DNA of 63,316 nucleotides, counting the filler, from Collodictyon triciliatum (lineage: Eukaryota): NCBI GenBank assembly GCA_043381765.1. It is 8 parts of 8 records of this genome, joined end to end, with 100 filler letters (N's around TTAATTAATTAA, not from the genome) between each part and the next. Parts side by side here need not be neighbours in the genome. Positions count along the whole stretch, not along the records: positions 40,140 to 48,215 come from JBHJMP010003601.1; positions 48,316 to 56,389 come from JBHJMP010003602.1; positions 56,490 to 58,962 come from JBHJMP010003667.1; 5 more parts are not named here. The stretch is one strand, 5' to 3'. The stretch's first letter is position 1, and each line of letters starts with the position of its first letter. Below the pieces are notes generated by a model, which saw only the letters and a program-made list of their open reading frames with translations, was not told the DNA's origin and made no database searches. This document shows positions 45,938 through 58,786 of this stretch, one piece after another. The position numbers were made by a program, and so were the translations under genes.

Positions 45938-47125
45938 GTTGTTAGATTTATCGACCCAGCTGAAAGCAAGCTAGTGATGACTCATCAATATTTACCTTAG
46001 GGAGTCCAAGTAACTCTTAAGATTGNNNNNNNNNNNNNNNNNNNNNNNNNNNNNNNNNNNNNNNNNNNNNNNNNNNNNNNNNNNNNNNNNNNNNNNNNNN
46101 NNNNNNNNNNNNNNNNNNNNNNNNNNNNNNNNNNNNNNNNNNNNNNNNNNNNNNNNNNNNNNNNNNNNNNNNNNNNNNNNNNNNNNNNNNNNNNNNNNNN
46201 NNNNNNNNNNNNNNNNNNNNNNNNNNNNNNNNNNNNNNNNNNNNNNNNNNNNNNNNNNNNNNNNNNNNNNNNNNNNNNNNNNNNNNNNNNNNNNNNNNNN
46301 NNNNNNNNNNNNNNNNNNNNNNNNNNNNNNNNNNNNNNNNNNNNNNNNNNNNNNNNNNNNNNNNNNNNAAAAAAAAGACAGAAAAAAGACAAAAAAAGAT
46401 AGAAAAACCTTGTCAATTTTATAACTCTTATATTAAGTATATGTCAGCGTTGATTTTTTATATGTACATGTGTGAGCTAATATTACCACACAGTTTTGAA
46501 TATTTATTATAAAAATCGTTCTATTGCCGTTAGGTTTTTATTATTATTGCTAATATTTTTTAAAAAAACAATAATAATCATAGGTATCTCTTAGACTTGA
46601 TACAAAGTCGCGAACATTTCCAAAACTATGTAAAACTGTCGCTAGCACTTAACGAAAAGCCATTCTTGGATCAAATCTCGAAAGAATTAAAAGAGGACCC
46701 GCTCAAGACGATGGTTGTGAGTGGATGGCTGGACTTCTTTGTGAGTACCTCGCTCTTATTTTTTTTTCACGCATAAATCCGGAAAGATAATTCGTTGACT
46801 CCAGCAGTCTCATTTATTTTCGCTAATTATGAAGAAAGCAATAGAGAAACCAAACGTTCGTAGCAAACTCATGTTAATCCTTGGCTTTTCCGTGCCCTTC
46901 TAATCAAAGTACATAATTTCGGTTCTATACGGAATCTAGACTCCACATAGACTGTCAGTCCGTATCAAGAATCACTTCCCAAATGCCCCGCACGTCGCTT
47001 ATCGCCTTGGGTCTCACTTTATCCTCATGGAGTGGCCGCATGAGTTACTGGAGGACATAGTATTTTTTTTGGATGGTAATCCTCACTTGCTTCAAGAAAG
47101 ATGGCACAAGACTGTCACTTATTAA
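44886..47125 (+). CDS. Alpha/beta-fold hydrolase (interrupted by an assembly gap)
   Basis: TKDGVQIRY, LALGLG, WDYRGQFGS, nucleophile elbow AWSM|G, acid motif SGWLDFF|TP, His motif GSHFILMEWP, and stop at 47123-47125. The start codon is tentative. Confidence 0.82.
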
Positions 47126-48315
47126 GATACATGTTGCTCGGTCAAATTGATCCAAGGGTTTATTTCATGCATAAGTATGCAGTCGTTGCGCCCTCTCCTT
47201 CTCCCTCCCGCTCCAGACTCAAAAGATGCACTCAAAATGAATAAAATGGCGTAACCACCTCAAAGCATAATTGGCTAATTTCACATTTGGCAGAGTGATG
47301 CGCTTTGGTTATCTCACTTTCTGACAGCTGCTTGCCAGAACACATTACTCGAAATCATTAAGCGTTTGCTGGGGTGGGTTGTATTGTGTTTATAAAGGAG
47401 CGCTCATTATCATTACTTATCATCCATTCAGTGCTTGTTATCCAATCCCCATGTTTATGAGAGGATTTACATATGTCTATTAATCCATACATTTCTTACC
47501 TTTTTAGATGTCGCATGTATTCAGTTTTACAAAAGCCCTTTAATCTTGCGTCTATTGCCAATTATATTGTTGCATGCTCCTAATCTACTTGGCTCGCTGT
47601 AAGATAATTTTTTTTTCCCTGTATTTTATGGGACTTTGCGTGCAGGTATCACTTTTGAGCGTCTAGTCGCTAACTGCGAAAGGGAGGAACTAATCTCCAA
47701 CGTTTTGCTTGTTTGGCTCCATGTTTATTGTTTGATGAGCGGTTTATCCAAAATATATAAAAACGAACTTGATTCAACACATGACAGTCCTATGGTAAAA
47801 AAAAATAATCAAAAGATGAAATACTTCACAACATCATATCATTCGATGTAGGGTTTCACAAATGTCAAAGCAGCTTTGACAATTTGTGCCTTTTGGCAGA
47901 GAAAAATGAAAAAAGCTTCGAAAATTGGAGGTTTGCGCGCGATGATTCTAGTCCCTTTTTTCTCTCGTCTTAGTGACTTAAAGCGAATATATTTGTCAAC
48001 TCAACACAGACACGAATTTCAGAGATAGGGACATCTAGACGATTGCAGACTCACATACAATAGAAGAAAAAAAAGGAAAGGGAATAGTGAATCCGTATGC
48101 TCGGGAGCTGATAACCACGACTGTGTTTGATGTACTCAACCAGAACTAATAAAATCCTTAAAAGGAACAATACTTGTCACATAAAAGCAGTGCCATGCCG
48201 TGGTCTTGCTGAAACNNNNNNNNNNNNNNNNNNNNNNNNNNNNNNNNNNNNNNNNNNNNTTAATTAATTAANNNNNNNNNNNNNNNNNNNNNNNNNNNNN
48301 NNNNNNNNNNNNNNN

Positions 48316-48450
48316 GTAATAGTAATAGTAATAGTAATAGTAATAGTAATAGTAATAGTAATAGTAATAGTAATAGTAATAGTAATAGTAATAGTAATAG
48401 TAATAGTAATAGTAATAGTAATAGTAATAGTAATGGTAATAGTAATAGTA
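48316..48450. repeat. (AGTAAT)n microsatellite at a contig end
   Basis: Seen directly. Confidence 0.95.
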
Positions 48451-48460
48451 AATGGCGAAC

Positions 48461-51400
48461 TTCATATTTAGGATTATAGGCATCGCTGTCAACGTTGATA
48501 TGAGATATGGGTTGACTCTGAATCCCATTTGTGTCGATGGGACTCATCACTTTATCGACCGAATCAACCATCGACATTTCCACCTTTAAAGTATGGAATC
48601 GACTTAAATCGAGATGTGCATATACCGCATATTTTTTTCAGATATTTCATCGGTATTTGATATTGAAAATAATTTAAATTAACAAATGTTCCTCATAGAT
48701 TTAGCAAAGCGAAGCTTTCTGATAGAATATTATATTTGAAGCACCTTCGAGATTGTAACGTTGCTGGGAAAATTTACACCGCCATCCACGAAAAACTTGA
48801 TGGGTGCGCTGATGGGAACTACAATAAGAAGAAAACAAAATACGAAGTTGGAGCTGTGGACGTTAAGAAGGAGAGGCACAAGGTAATATAAATGTGCTGT
48901 AAAAAAATAGGAATCAATAGGAACTGCGCGGAATCAAGACCGAGTGAAAGCATGAATAGAAAAAAATCTAAAAGATATTGTACATGAAACTGAAAGGTCT
49001 TTCCTGGTTGCTTGAGACTTCAAACTGGACGCTTTCCTCTGCAATTACGATATACAATGTTAATCGTCAAAGGCAAGTCATGTCATAAATCCATGTAAGT
49101 ATGTGCTCTTTTCTTTTCGATTACAATATCAAAATTACGACCGATGAAGGATTTGTTAATATTTTGATTCTTGTTTCCACAGGCGCTCTCGATGTAAAGC
49201 CCAAAATTCCTTTCTTTGGAACTGTAATTGTGATTTCTGTCTCAGCCACGAAGCCTTTTCCTATTTCACCGATGAAACTCATAAACCATCTTAATACTCG
49301 ACATAGACATATATAAAAGTAAAATTACAATTCAAAATTGAGGACCAATTATGAGGCACGCAAACGTTTGACGAACTCACCCGATTTTTCGTAAATTAAA
49401 GCCTGCTTTTCCCATATAAGCGCGTCTTTTTCCTGTAAGATAGAAATGTATTAAACAGTGTGAATAAAATATTGCAAAGTAAAGAAGTACATCACATCAT
49501 AATAATTAGACATTAGAGGACGAGTTTGGCTTTCGTATTTACATATAGAGACACAATCGCATATATGTCCCCAGTCCAGCCAGCCAGAGTCACGGTCTCC
49601 CTTTGGCTTCGTCCCTCCTGCAACAGCCGGGCAAGCAATCAATACAAAATATTATCGCACTTTTGCATATTGAAGTCATATCCAAAAACTATATTTCGGG
49701 CATTGCTTCATCCTTGGTTACGAAAAGCGGTACTTTACCGTGATTTTTGCAAACATCGTTTTTGTCGGAGACTTGGATTTTTCAGGATCAGGGTCGTCAG
49801 AAAACTCCAACCAAAGGTCTTGGCCTTTCGCAAAAGCTGGTGCGTTGGACAATTGAATCTGAAAACTGAATTTTGGGTTGAGTGTTGGATAATGTCGAGT
49901 GTGACAGTCATCCTCAATTCAAAGATTAAGCGGCATTTGTGGTGTGTTTTTCTCTTTGGAAGTTATTTTACTCGATGTTGCTGATAAACTTCCAGCCATA
50001 TAAGTGATGGATAATGTATGAAAATGCAAACGTGAGGTCCTCTGGCTTCGGCACCTCAGGCCCAGTCTCAGGTTCCGGCCCAGCTTCGGGAGTTGGCTTC
50101 CTATCAACCTCAGGTCTTGGGGTGACAGAGCGCGAACGAATCACTTCAGACCCCGCTTAAATAATTGTTTGTTAGTATTTGTCATGAAAAGGTGGAGAAA
50201 AAAGGCGATAGTGGTAGATGGACCGTCCAAAAAACAAAGAAAGGTGACGACGACGACGATGATGATAATGATGGTTATGATGATAATTATGATGATAATT
50301 ATGACTATGATGATGAAGATGAAGATGAAGATGATGATAATGATAATGATAATGATAATGATAATGATAATGATAATGATAATGATAATGATAATGATAA
50401 TGATAATGATAATGATAATGATAATGATAATGATAATGATAATGATGATACACTGCAGATTTCATTATACGCACACAAATAATTATTCGCATAGAAGGGA
50501 ATTTTCAACAGCATATGAAAAAAAAATTAACAGATGTTTTAAAAACAGCACGATGCATGCTAAAGCTAGGAAACTTACCGCTTTTTGGACTGGTGGATAC
50601 TCGCCCGGTCGGTGCAGGCTTCAAACTATCTTGGACACTCATGACAGACGGAGTTGGATTTAACGTTGTTCTGACTGTTTTCGTAGAGTTTGATGTCTTC
50701 AACGCATTCTTCAGTTTAATATTGGCCATTACCACGGGAAAAATGCCGGGGTGGGGACATTTCTTTGGTCATATAACAAGGAATCGTTTATGATTCAGTT
50801 CGGAAAATAACTAACTGCATGAATAATGAATAAAATTTGAACCGAATAAAACAAATAGCAAGGAAGTTTTGAGACCAACCAAAGCAAATTCAGGCATCGG
50901 ATTGAACTGTGCAATTTGGTTTTGAAGATTCATGGATGTGAATCCCGTTGGCTTGGTCCCATTTGTGATCTCAAAGAAAAGTAAATCAAATGAAACCTCC
51001 TTGATTTTACCGACTGATTCCCTAATGGTTTTGTATTTTTTTTTAATACATGTATTGTAAATTTGAGGCGCGCGGAATATTGAAGAACTTTATGAAAAAA
51101 AAAAAAAAAAAGACAAGCGTATTGCCAAAACAAAGCATCATTTTCTAGAAAATATAACATGACTCAAAAATTCATTCCCAACCGAATCGTGATTATGTTT
51201 GAGAAGTTAATGTCTCGGAGCTGGTCATCGGTGAATATTGGGACTCTCCATCGCCCTATGCGTTCGTGACCACTCTCGTAGATAGGTATGATGGCAACTT
51301 TCAGTATTGAACCATCAGCTGTTTCAGGAATATGCACTTGGATTCCAAAGAACTTGGCCTCAACAATCTGCGCGGGATACCGTTTAAAATTAAGCGATTT

Positions 51401-54400
51401 ATTTCATCAAGAGATTGATGGGCAAAAAGTTACATAGGGGATTGGGAGGAGAAAAGGCAGGAGAGAAACGCATTAATTGCATAAACAAGTAATTGTGTGA
51501 TTTTTGCGATTTTATGAGTAAAACCTTTTGACTATAGTTCACTTCCGAGTACACAATGGGACCCTGCTCTAGTATGTCTGACGAGAGCCAGCCATCATGC
51601 TGGATTTGTGTGAGAGATTCTGCTGTTTTCTGATTGATTGACGACAAAGGTACGATGCGACATAGACAACGATTGCTTATTTTCTCTGTAAACATGATGA
51701 AATTTCTGCAATCGTTTCAATTTTGCGATTATTACCAATGAGAAGTTGTGTACTAGTTTGACTGTTTCGTAAAAAGGACGAATTTATATCCGACAAGAGC
51801 ATATATTGCTTTATCATTATTCATCATACTTTTTATATGGATTTTGATAATAACCGCATGAATGCCTGAAAAGCTACGTACATCACGAGAAGGGGATGCT
51901 GCTCAGTTGGTGACTTTGTTGGTCTGCCCGGCGCATATTTGGGATTGTCAGACTCTTTTCCCTAGGATGCAACCCACAGATTTAGATATTTTAAACCTGA
52001 ATCCAGTTTCGCACTGGTTTTTACAATAGATAAAGGAAACCTTTCTCTTTTTCTTCTTTTTTGATAGGGTCTCAGATATTGGTTATGACGTGGAAGTGCG
52101 TGTACTGTGTTTGTACCTTTCGTGGCGCATATTTGGATGCAGACGTAGCACGAGATGAAGAGTCGCTCTGATAGGAGCCCCTTCGCGAATCTGTGGGGCT
52201 TCGCGAATGATTCTCATCGGATTCGAAGTCGCTTTCGTCGTCACGGGCACGATTTCGTCTATAACCACTTGAATTAAGAATATCTGAAGGCTGATGAAAC
52301 ATAACGATATCAATTTGGCTCCCTGAATGATTCTCCTCAACTGGAGTAATGCGCATGAATGGAGCCAATAAAGTATTTATAGAAATTTACCTTGGCGATC
52401 GATGTTTTCGTTCTCTGACATTTCTTGCCTTGAATATTAAATTATTTGAAAAAAATTAACATAATCCGTGCCAATTTTGATTGTGGTGACTCATCTGTGA
52501 TGAAGATTTTGATGTGGTTTCGAATTGAATATTATCTCACAAAGTAACCCACTCTGTTCCTTCCGCGACCCTTGTATTTCTCCAATTCCTCCAGTTTTTG
52601 CTCTATCTCTGCAATTGTTTTCTTATTAGCCTCAGCTGCCTGCGCCATCGAGCTTCCAACGAGCGCACCCATTGGGTCTGCTCCCATCATGTATGGATTC
52701 ATCCCCGGAAACATGGATTGCGGCATCATCGGAAATCCACCTCCAAACATTCCATACGGCATCATCGGAGGCATTTGTGGTATTTGTGGAGGATAGCCGT
52801 ATGGCATTTGTGGTGGGTATGGCATTTGTGGTGGATACGGCATTTGATGATATGGCACCTGGGGATATGTCATTTGGGGTTGATACATGTTTTGGTTTGG
52901 TACCATTTGCTGAGTTGGAGGAAGATTTCCTTGATTCATTTGGCTCTGCTGCGGCGCAGTGCTTGGAACTGGGTTTGCATTCATCGTTTCATTTTCATTC
53001 TTTGCCGCAGCTGTTTTGATATATCTTGCTGTAATTGGCTAAATTGTGTAGTAGAGAAAGATGGCTGTAAATAATGTGAATGTGCATAGTAAAATGGTCT
53101 GAGGCAACTCGAATTGGGTTGAAGATAAATGAATTTATTTACATTGGATATATTTGCTAATGTAGGTCTTCGAGCAGTTTTTAAGGGCACTGAGGGAGTC
53201 TCTTCTACCGGGTCGGGCAGTGGGATGGGTAAGGTAGGAACCTAAAGGGATTTAGGAGTAAACTTTGGGATTGTTGCTTTCCTACTATAGCTGAAAGCGA
53301 GAAAATCAGAATATGAAAGAAGAAACAGACGATATATGATATTTAAACCGCTAGAAGAGGTGTTAAACAAAATGCACATTAAAATAAGTTGAGAGTACAT
53401 CGATTTTGAATTCATTTCATGTAAAGCTATAACTTTGAGGGATGTTTCTGATATTTGCATGAATTACCTTTGCTGTCACTTTCTTACTCAGCCTAATTTT
53501 TTTTGTAGGATTTATAATTATTTGAGATATGGTAATATAATGAAGTGTCAAAAAAATGTAGTTAAGAACCATGAAATGTAAAATGCTGCTTTACGCTTTG
53601 TAGGCCGGTTCGTTCTGGTCGAAGTCAGTATTATCCTTAGAAATAAATGATCAGAAAGCAAGGAGTAATTGACATTAAAAAACCTCCTACATTTGATGGA
53701 CAAATTTCAAAAAAAAACAAACAAAAAAACAAATATTGTTTCTTTCCTCGCCATTGAGCTTTAGATTTACCTGAGCTTTCTTTCCAATAGAGTAAAAATT
53801 CAGCATTTCAGCCCTCTTCTGGTCTATCTGAGCCTGTTCTTTTCGCAGTCTTTTTAAGTTTGCAACGTCATAGGCCTTCTTCGGTTCAATATACCCATCA
53901 CTTTGCGACCTGTTCAGCCTCTTGTCTGAGTAGGATGTATGTTTTAAACCACAGCTTGAAATATTGTGCTTTTGTTTTGAAAAAAATTAAAAAAAAATAT
54001 CGCAGATAATGCGAAAGTTAAAGACGCAACGCCAAGGTTCACCCTACAAAGGTTCGGAAGATCATGAATAGTTATTTTGATTTGGCTTCATATAAAAATT
54101 GGAAGTTGAGAGATTGGAAACAAGATAAAAATGATTCATAAGGACTCTTGGATGGCTTCTACGCACTGTTTCTAACATGCTGGATTCTTTCGGATTCGCA
54201 GTTTTCGATTCTTTTTCTCTCACTCTATCCATGAATTTTGCCAGCTCTCGACGATGCTATTTTATTTAGAATTTGAGCAATATATGAACATATGGCTATT
54301 ATTTTGAAGAAAAAATCATTTAATATGAAGAAAGTGATTTCAAGGCGTTGAAATGGCATTCATTAAAATCATTAAATACATAAAACACTAAATACATAAA

Positions 54401-55619
54401 ACATTACATAATTAACTCATTTTATTTTCATTTTTATTTGCCTAGAACTTGCCTCTGGGATAGAGACAGGAAGCTCATCGACCCCAGGGAGTTGTGATTT
54501 TCTTTGGCGATAAAAACAAAAGTTAAAGATAAATGAGATGTTTGTACGAATAATACAACAGATAAAAAAGACTTCAAAAGACCTTCCAGCCTGTCCATAT
54601 CCTTGGTCTAACAGAAGTTTGCGTGTTTCATTGGCTATTTCTTGCTTTTTTCTTAGTAATAAAAATAACTAAAGTTAATTACGAGAAGAAGAAAGAAACA
54701 TGCTTTAAAAAAAATATAAAGTTCGATTATTGGTCATCGTGATTATTACTGGAATTCGTGTTGGTTTCTCAGGATGGATTCCTTTATCTCGGATATTTCC
54801 TTGCGAATATTCTGCTCATCCCTTTAATCATGGATTTTTTTGATATTCACACGAAAGGTAATGGTATGCTAATGACTTGGAATCATAGGAGTAAATCGAT
54901 AATGATATGGCCTCACATTTCCAGGTTTTCCCTCTGAGTCTTGAGCTTTTGTAATAGCTCCAATTTTTCACCCTCAAGGGATTCAATGTCTGCGGCAGTC
55001 ATTTTCTAAATATTGAATTTTAAATCTGTATCTGATGTATAAAGGCTTTTCGCCCCAAAAATAATTTACATTTTGTTGCCGCGAGATTAGAATGAGGCAT
55101 CATCAAGATATGTGAGGATAATGATTGTTTTGATTCATAGATAATTTGGATGAAAACACAGGTATTGCAGATGTAATCTAAATGTGAAGAAAAGAGCAGA
55201 AACTTGTACCTCAGTTATTTCACGCGCCTCCATCTGGCTCAATCTCAACCTCATTTTTCTTCTGCGCAACTCCTCAAGTTCTGCTGCATTCTTGTTTATC
55301 AAAGCTCCCATCTAAGATAGTACTTATTAGCCGAATGAAACATACGTGTAATTGAAATGTCTAAAATGGAGGGTTGCAGGCATCTTGGGATATGCTTTAT
55401 GGTTACACTGTCGATGTTGGACTTGTGCTCTTCCTGTTTGCCTTGCAGAAAGTCAAGATTCTTGCGATATTCGCTGTCTTTTAAGTTGTGCAAGTCCTTC
55501 TCCATATCAAAGTTGGGGTCATCGAAGGGCGTCGATTCCTTGGCCAGTTTTGAAAGCGCCGGATTTATCTCAGCCTTTGCTATGTGCGCGAGTTTTCCTC
55601 CCTCGCAAAACTGGGTTGG

Positions 55620-55650
<31 letters not shown>

Positions 55651-56041
55651 AAGGATTGTTCACGTGTGACTGTGTTTGCGACAAGATATATATAAAAACA
55701 TGAATTCTTGTAGATCCAAATCGTCGTTTCTTTAAGTTTTTCTGTTGAAAGATCGAGTTTCTTAAAAAAAAAAAAAAAAGCCGCCTACGTATTCCTTGTG
55801 GATGTGGAACTCTGCTGTTGTGTCGAAGAGGAGCCCGCATTTCCTGTGGGACGAAACAAACCGGGGTTGAAGTGAGCGCTGGGGCGAGAAGAAGATACAA
55901 ATGGTGTGGCGCACTTACTGGCACTCCGCTCGGCTCATATCCGTCGTCTCACTGGCCTGCTGCTGCGTTTCGCTCCCTGATTTTGCCGCGGGTTTCTTTG
56001 ATGCGTTTGGCGGAGGCGATCGATCGCCTCTCGTTGCCTTC
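48461..56041 (-). CDS. CCDC17-like large protein (C2HC zinc finger, coiled coil, Pro/Met-rich segment, C2-like domains), partial
   Basis: Three exons splice to CQKCGLLFDTTAEFHIHKEYFC. Downstream are a coiled coil, a PYPPQM repeat, IGRWRVPIF and FFVDGGVNFPSNVTISKV. The family call comes from recalled similarity to CCDC17. Confidence 0.55.
50245..50449. repeat. (GATAAT)n compound intronic microsatellite
   Basis: Seen directly. Confidence 0.9.
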
Positions 56042-56489
56042 TGAATAATTGTTTTCCACATTCATGTTAACGGACATGGGTACGGTATGATTGCTTTCTT
56101 TGTCGGACTTATTGCTATATATCTAAGCAATTTCATGCTTACTATATATATATATATTTGCTTGTTATATGACACTCTGTCCCATATAACAAAATTCTTG
56201 AGGGTGTGCACGGTATTTTCCACAAATATTGAACCCATTCCGTTCATTCACACTTAATCTGATTGGCCGATCTCTTTTTCACGAAAAAAACACATAAAAA
56301 ACACATAAAAAACACATAAAAAACACATAAAAAACACATAAAAAACACATAAAAAACACATAAAAAACACACATAAAAAACACACATAANNNNNNNNNNN
56401 NNNNNNNNNNNNNNNNNNNNNNNNNNNNNNNNNTTAATTAATTAANNNNNNNNNNNNNNNNNNNNNNNNNNNNNNNNNNNNNNNNNNNN

Positions 56490-56990
56490 GCCACACTCGC
56501 CAACAAATGCGTGTAAGAATACACACGAGCTGTCGGCGGGAAAATCAACTACGACAAGACAGATGGAATTCTTTTTGGGTTTCAGGATGGACTTATGTTT
56601 CCAGGAAGATTGTGTGGAAGTCACCGTCACATCCACTCAAGTATCTTGGCATCATATTCGGTCCACAATCGGATAATAAATGGACAAGCCTGGTTGAGGA
56701 CATCAAGTCGAAAATATCAGTGTGGAGCAACTTTCATCTCTCGGATGTGGGTAAAGTAAGGTTGTGGAACCAAGTGATGGTGTCGACCCTTATCTATAAC
56801 ATTATAGGCACTTTGCTGAATATCAAGAGGGCTGAAGGAGCTGGAAGACATCTTTCGCAACTTCATCACTACGAATAATCAAAAATATAAAATCAAGACG
56901 CTCTCTAAGCCGCCTACAGAGGGAGGGCTGGGACACCGCCACTAGCAACCTTCTATCTCAGATGTGGTGCTTGTTTCCTACGCTATGAAC
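56490..56990 (+). mobile_element. Decayed non-LTR (L1/Tx1-like) retrotransposon fragment, RT thumb region
   Basis: EYTRAVGGKINYDKT, PLKYLGIIFG, KISVWSNFHLSDVGKVRLWNQVMVSTLIY and LSKPPTEGGLG, with a stop and frameshifts. Confidence 0.85.
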
Positions 56991-57301
56991 GAACCAGTAT
57001 GCTTGGCCCCCTGAGCAACTCACAGCCACTGCTACAACCCCATTCAATCGTAAATATGTCATTCTAAAGCGCCACACACGTTCAATTTATTTTGGTGATT
57101 TGTTAGGCTATTAAAAATTGCAAAATTTGAAAATAAAAACCATGTCCTTGTGTGCTGCACTCATTTTGAAATATTTTCATTTATTTATTTATGACTCCTC
57201 TTCCCAAGCTGCGGCTGAACGGCTCGGTGATATAAAGAAAAGTTCAGTGTTTTTATATTTGTAGCTAAGGAGAAAATATTGAACCTCCTTCCATATTTTA
57301 T

Positions 57302-58786
57302 TCAGCTTCTCTTGGAAAAACTTATTATCATCTCACGTAGAGTATCCACCTTTGCATCTGGTATTGAAAACTTTGGTGTAGTGTTTTCTTGAATGGCTCT
57401 TGAATTACCCTGTATTGCACATACAGCGATTTTGATTTCTTCACTCGATACAGAATATTTTGATCGAATACCTGGTTGGTGAAGACCAGATATCCCTGCC
57501 CCTGTTAAACCGAGCGATTTGACCAAACGATACAGCGAAAACAGGGCATTCCCCTTTTTGTTTAGGTATTCGCGTAGTTCGAATGGACTCAGCTCTTTCA
57601 CTAAGCGTGATGATCTTGGATTCTGGGGTGATGAATCAGTAGACTCTTGAGAGATTTCAACAAATTTCAAGGCTTGTTCCAGCGCGATATGATATCTTTT
57701 TGTAAGTCCGTCTTCGGTTAAAACATCAGGAATATCTTCCACCCTTTCCCAGTCTTCCCCTCCCATCTTGTCGCTGAGTGACCTACATCCATTCAAAAAT
57801 AAAAATTCCACAAACTCCCCTCGGTACATATCTTCTACAGGGGTCATATTCTCAACAGGTAATAATTCGTTCATAACATCTTCACAAAGGCAGAATTCAT
57901 GACCTTGAAACTCACGCAGATAATTTGAAACAAGAGGCAAAGAGGGTCGCAGTTTGTAATTTTGTCTCCAGCAGCACCTGATTAAGCATTCCATCTCTGG
58001 AGGTACATTTGTCGGCATTTTGGGTCTTAGACCGCCAATCACAAATCGCTGTGGTTCTCTCTCAGCAAGGTAAGGCTCGACCCCCGAAAACATGTACCAA
58101 ACAAGAAGAGCAAATGCGTACACATTACTGGGTTCTCCTCGATGACCTATGTTCACTCCGTCGTCTCCATATTCACATTCATCATCGTAATAAGGTTTGG
58201 AGACAACTTCGTGTATTTCTGGTGCTTGCCAATTAAGGGTTCCATATCTTTTCAACTCACCAAACCTAGTAGGAAGGTGTGAGCCTATTTTTTCATTTTC
58301 TCTTCGACTAACTATTCCGAAATCAACAATTCTAACTGTGTTGTCGACGACCATGATATTCTCGTGCTTCAAATCTTCATGGAACATATCCTTTGAGTGC
58401 ATAAATATAAGTCCACAACAAATCTGCTCAGAAAATTGAACAATTTGTACGGTTGAGGGTCTTTTATCTCTTTTAGATTCCATGAGCTTTTTGAGAGAAA
58501 TACCAGCGTTCTCCATTACCATGTAAAAGTCATTTTCCAGTCTGTGCACACTCATTAATTCTACGATATATTTGCACTCGCGGCATTCTTTCAAAAGCAA
58601 ACTTTCTGTAATCATGGAGTTTATTACTTTGTTCATCGAATTTCCAATTTGGACGGTTTGAACCTTTATCACGGCATTTTTTCCAGATATTTTATCTCTT
58701 GTTTGGTACACTCTACCAAAGGCACCTCTTCCCAAAAAATTTCCAAGAGTAATTTTCTCCTTCGTCCAAGAATCCTTCAATTTCAT
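57302..58786 (-). CDS. Intronless TKL-like non-RD protein kinase with two C-terminal SAM-like repeats
   Basis: Single 494-aa ORF: LGRGAFGRV, AVIK, HEDLKHENI, DFG, GTLNWQAPE and CWRQNYKLRPS. The SAM-like pattern is judged by eye. TATAAAAA lies about 35-40 bp upstream of the ATG. Confidence 0.88.
   Translation of the reverse strand: MKLKDSWTKEKITLGNFLGRGAFGRVYQTRDKISGKNAVIKVQTVQIGNSMNKVINSMITESLLLKECRECKYIVELMSVHRLENDFYMVMENAGISLKKLMESKRDKRPSTVQIVQFSEQICCGLIFMHSKDMFHEDLKHENIMVVDNTVRIVDFGIVSRRENEKIGSHLPTRFGELKRYGTLNWQAPEIHEVVSKPYYDDECEYGDDGVNIGHRGEPSNVYAFALLVWYMFSGVEPYLAEREPQRFVIGGLRPKMPTNVPPEMECLIRCCWRQNYKLRPSLPLVSNYLREFQGHEFCLCEDVMNELLPVENMTPVEDMYRGEFVEFLFLNGCRSLSDKMGGEDWERVEDIPDVLTEDGLTKRYHIALEQALKFVEISQESTDSSPQNPRSSRLVKELSPFELREYLNKKGNALFSLYRLVKSLGLTGAGISGLHQPGIRSKYSVSSEEIKIAVCAIQGNSRAIQENTTPKFSIPDAKVDTLREMIISFSKRS

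Noticed and set aside
47290-48215. Possible additional plus-strand gene
   Set aside because: Exon-like pieces are present but could not be spliced into an open frame.
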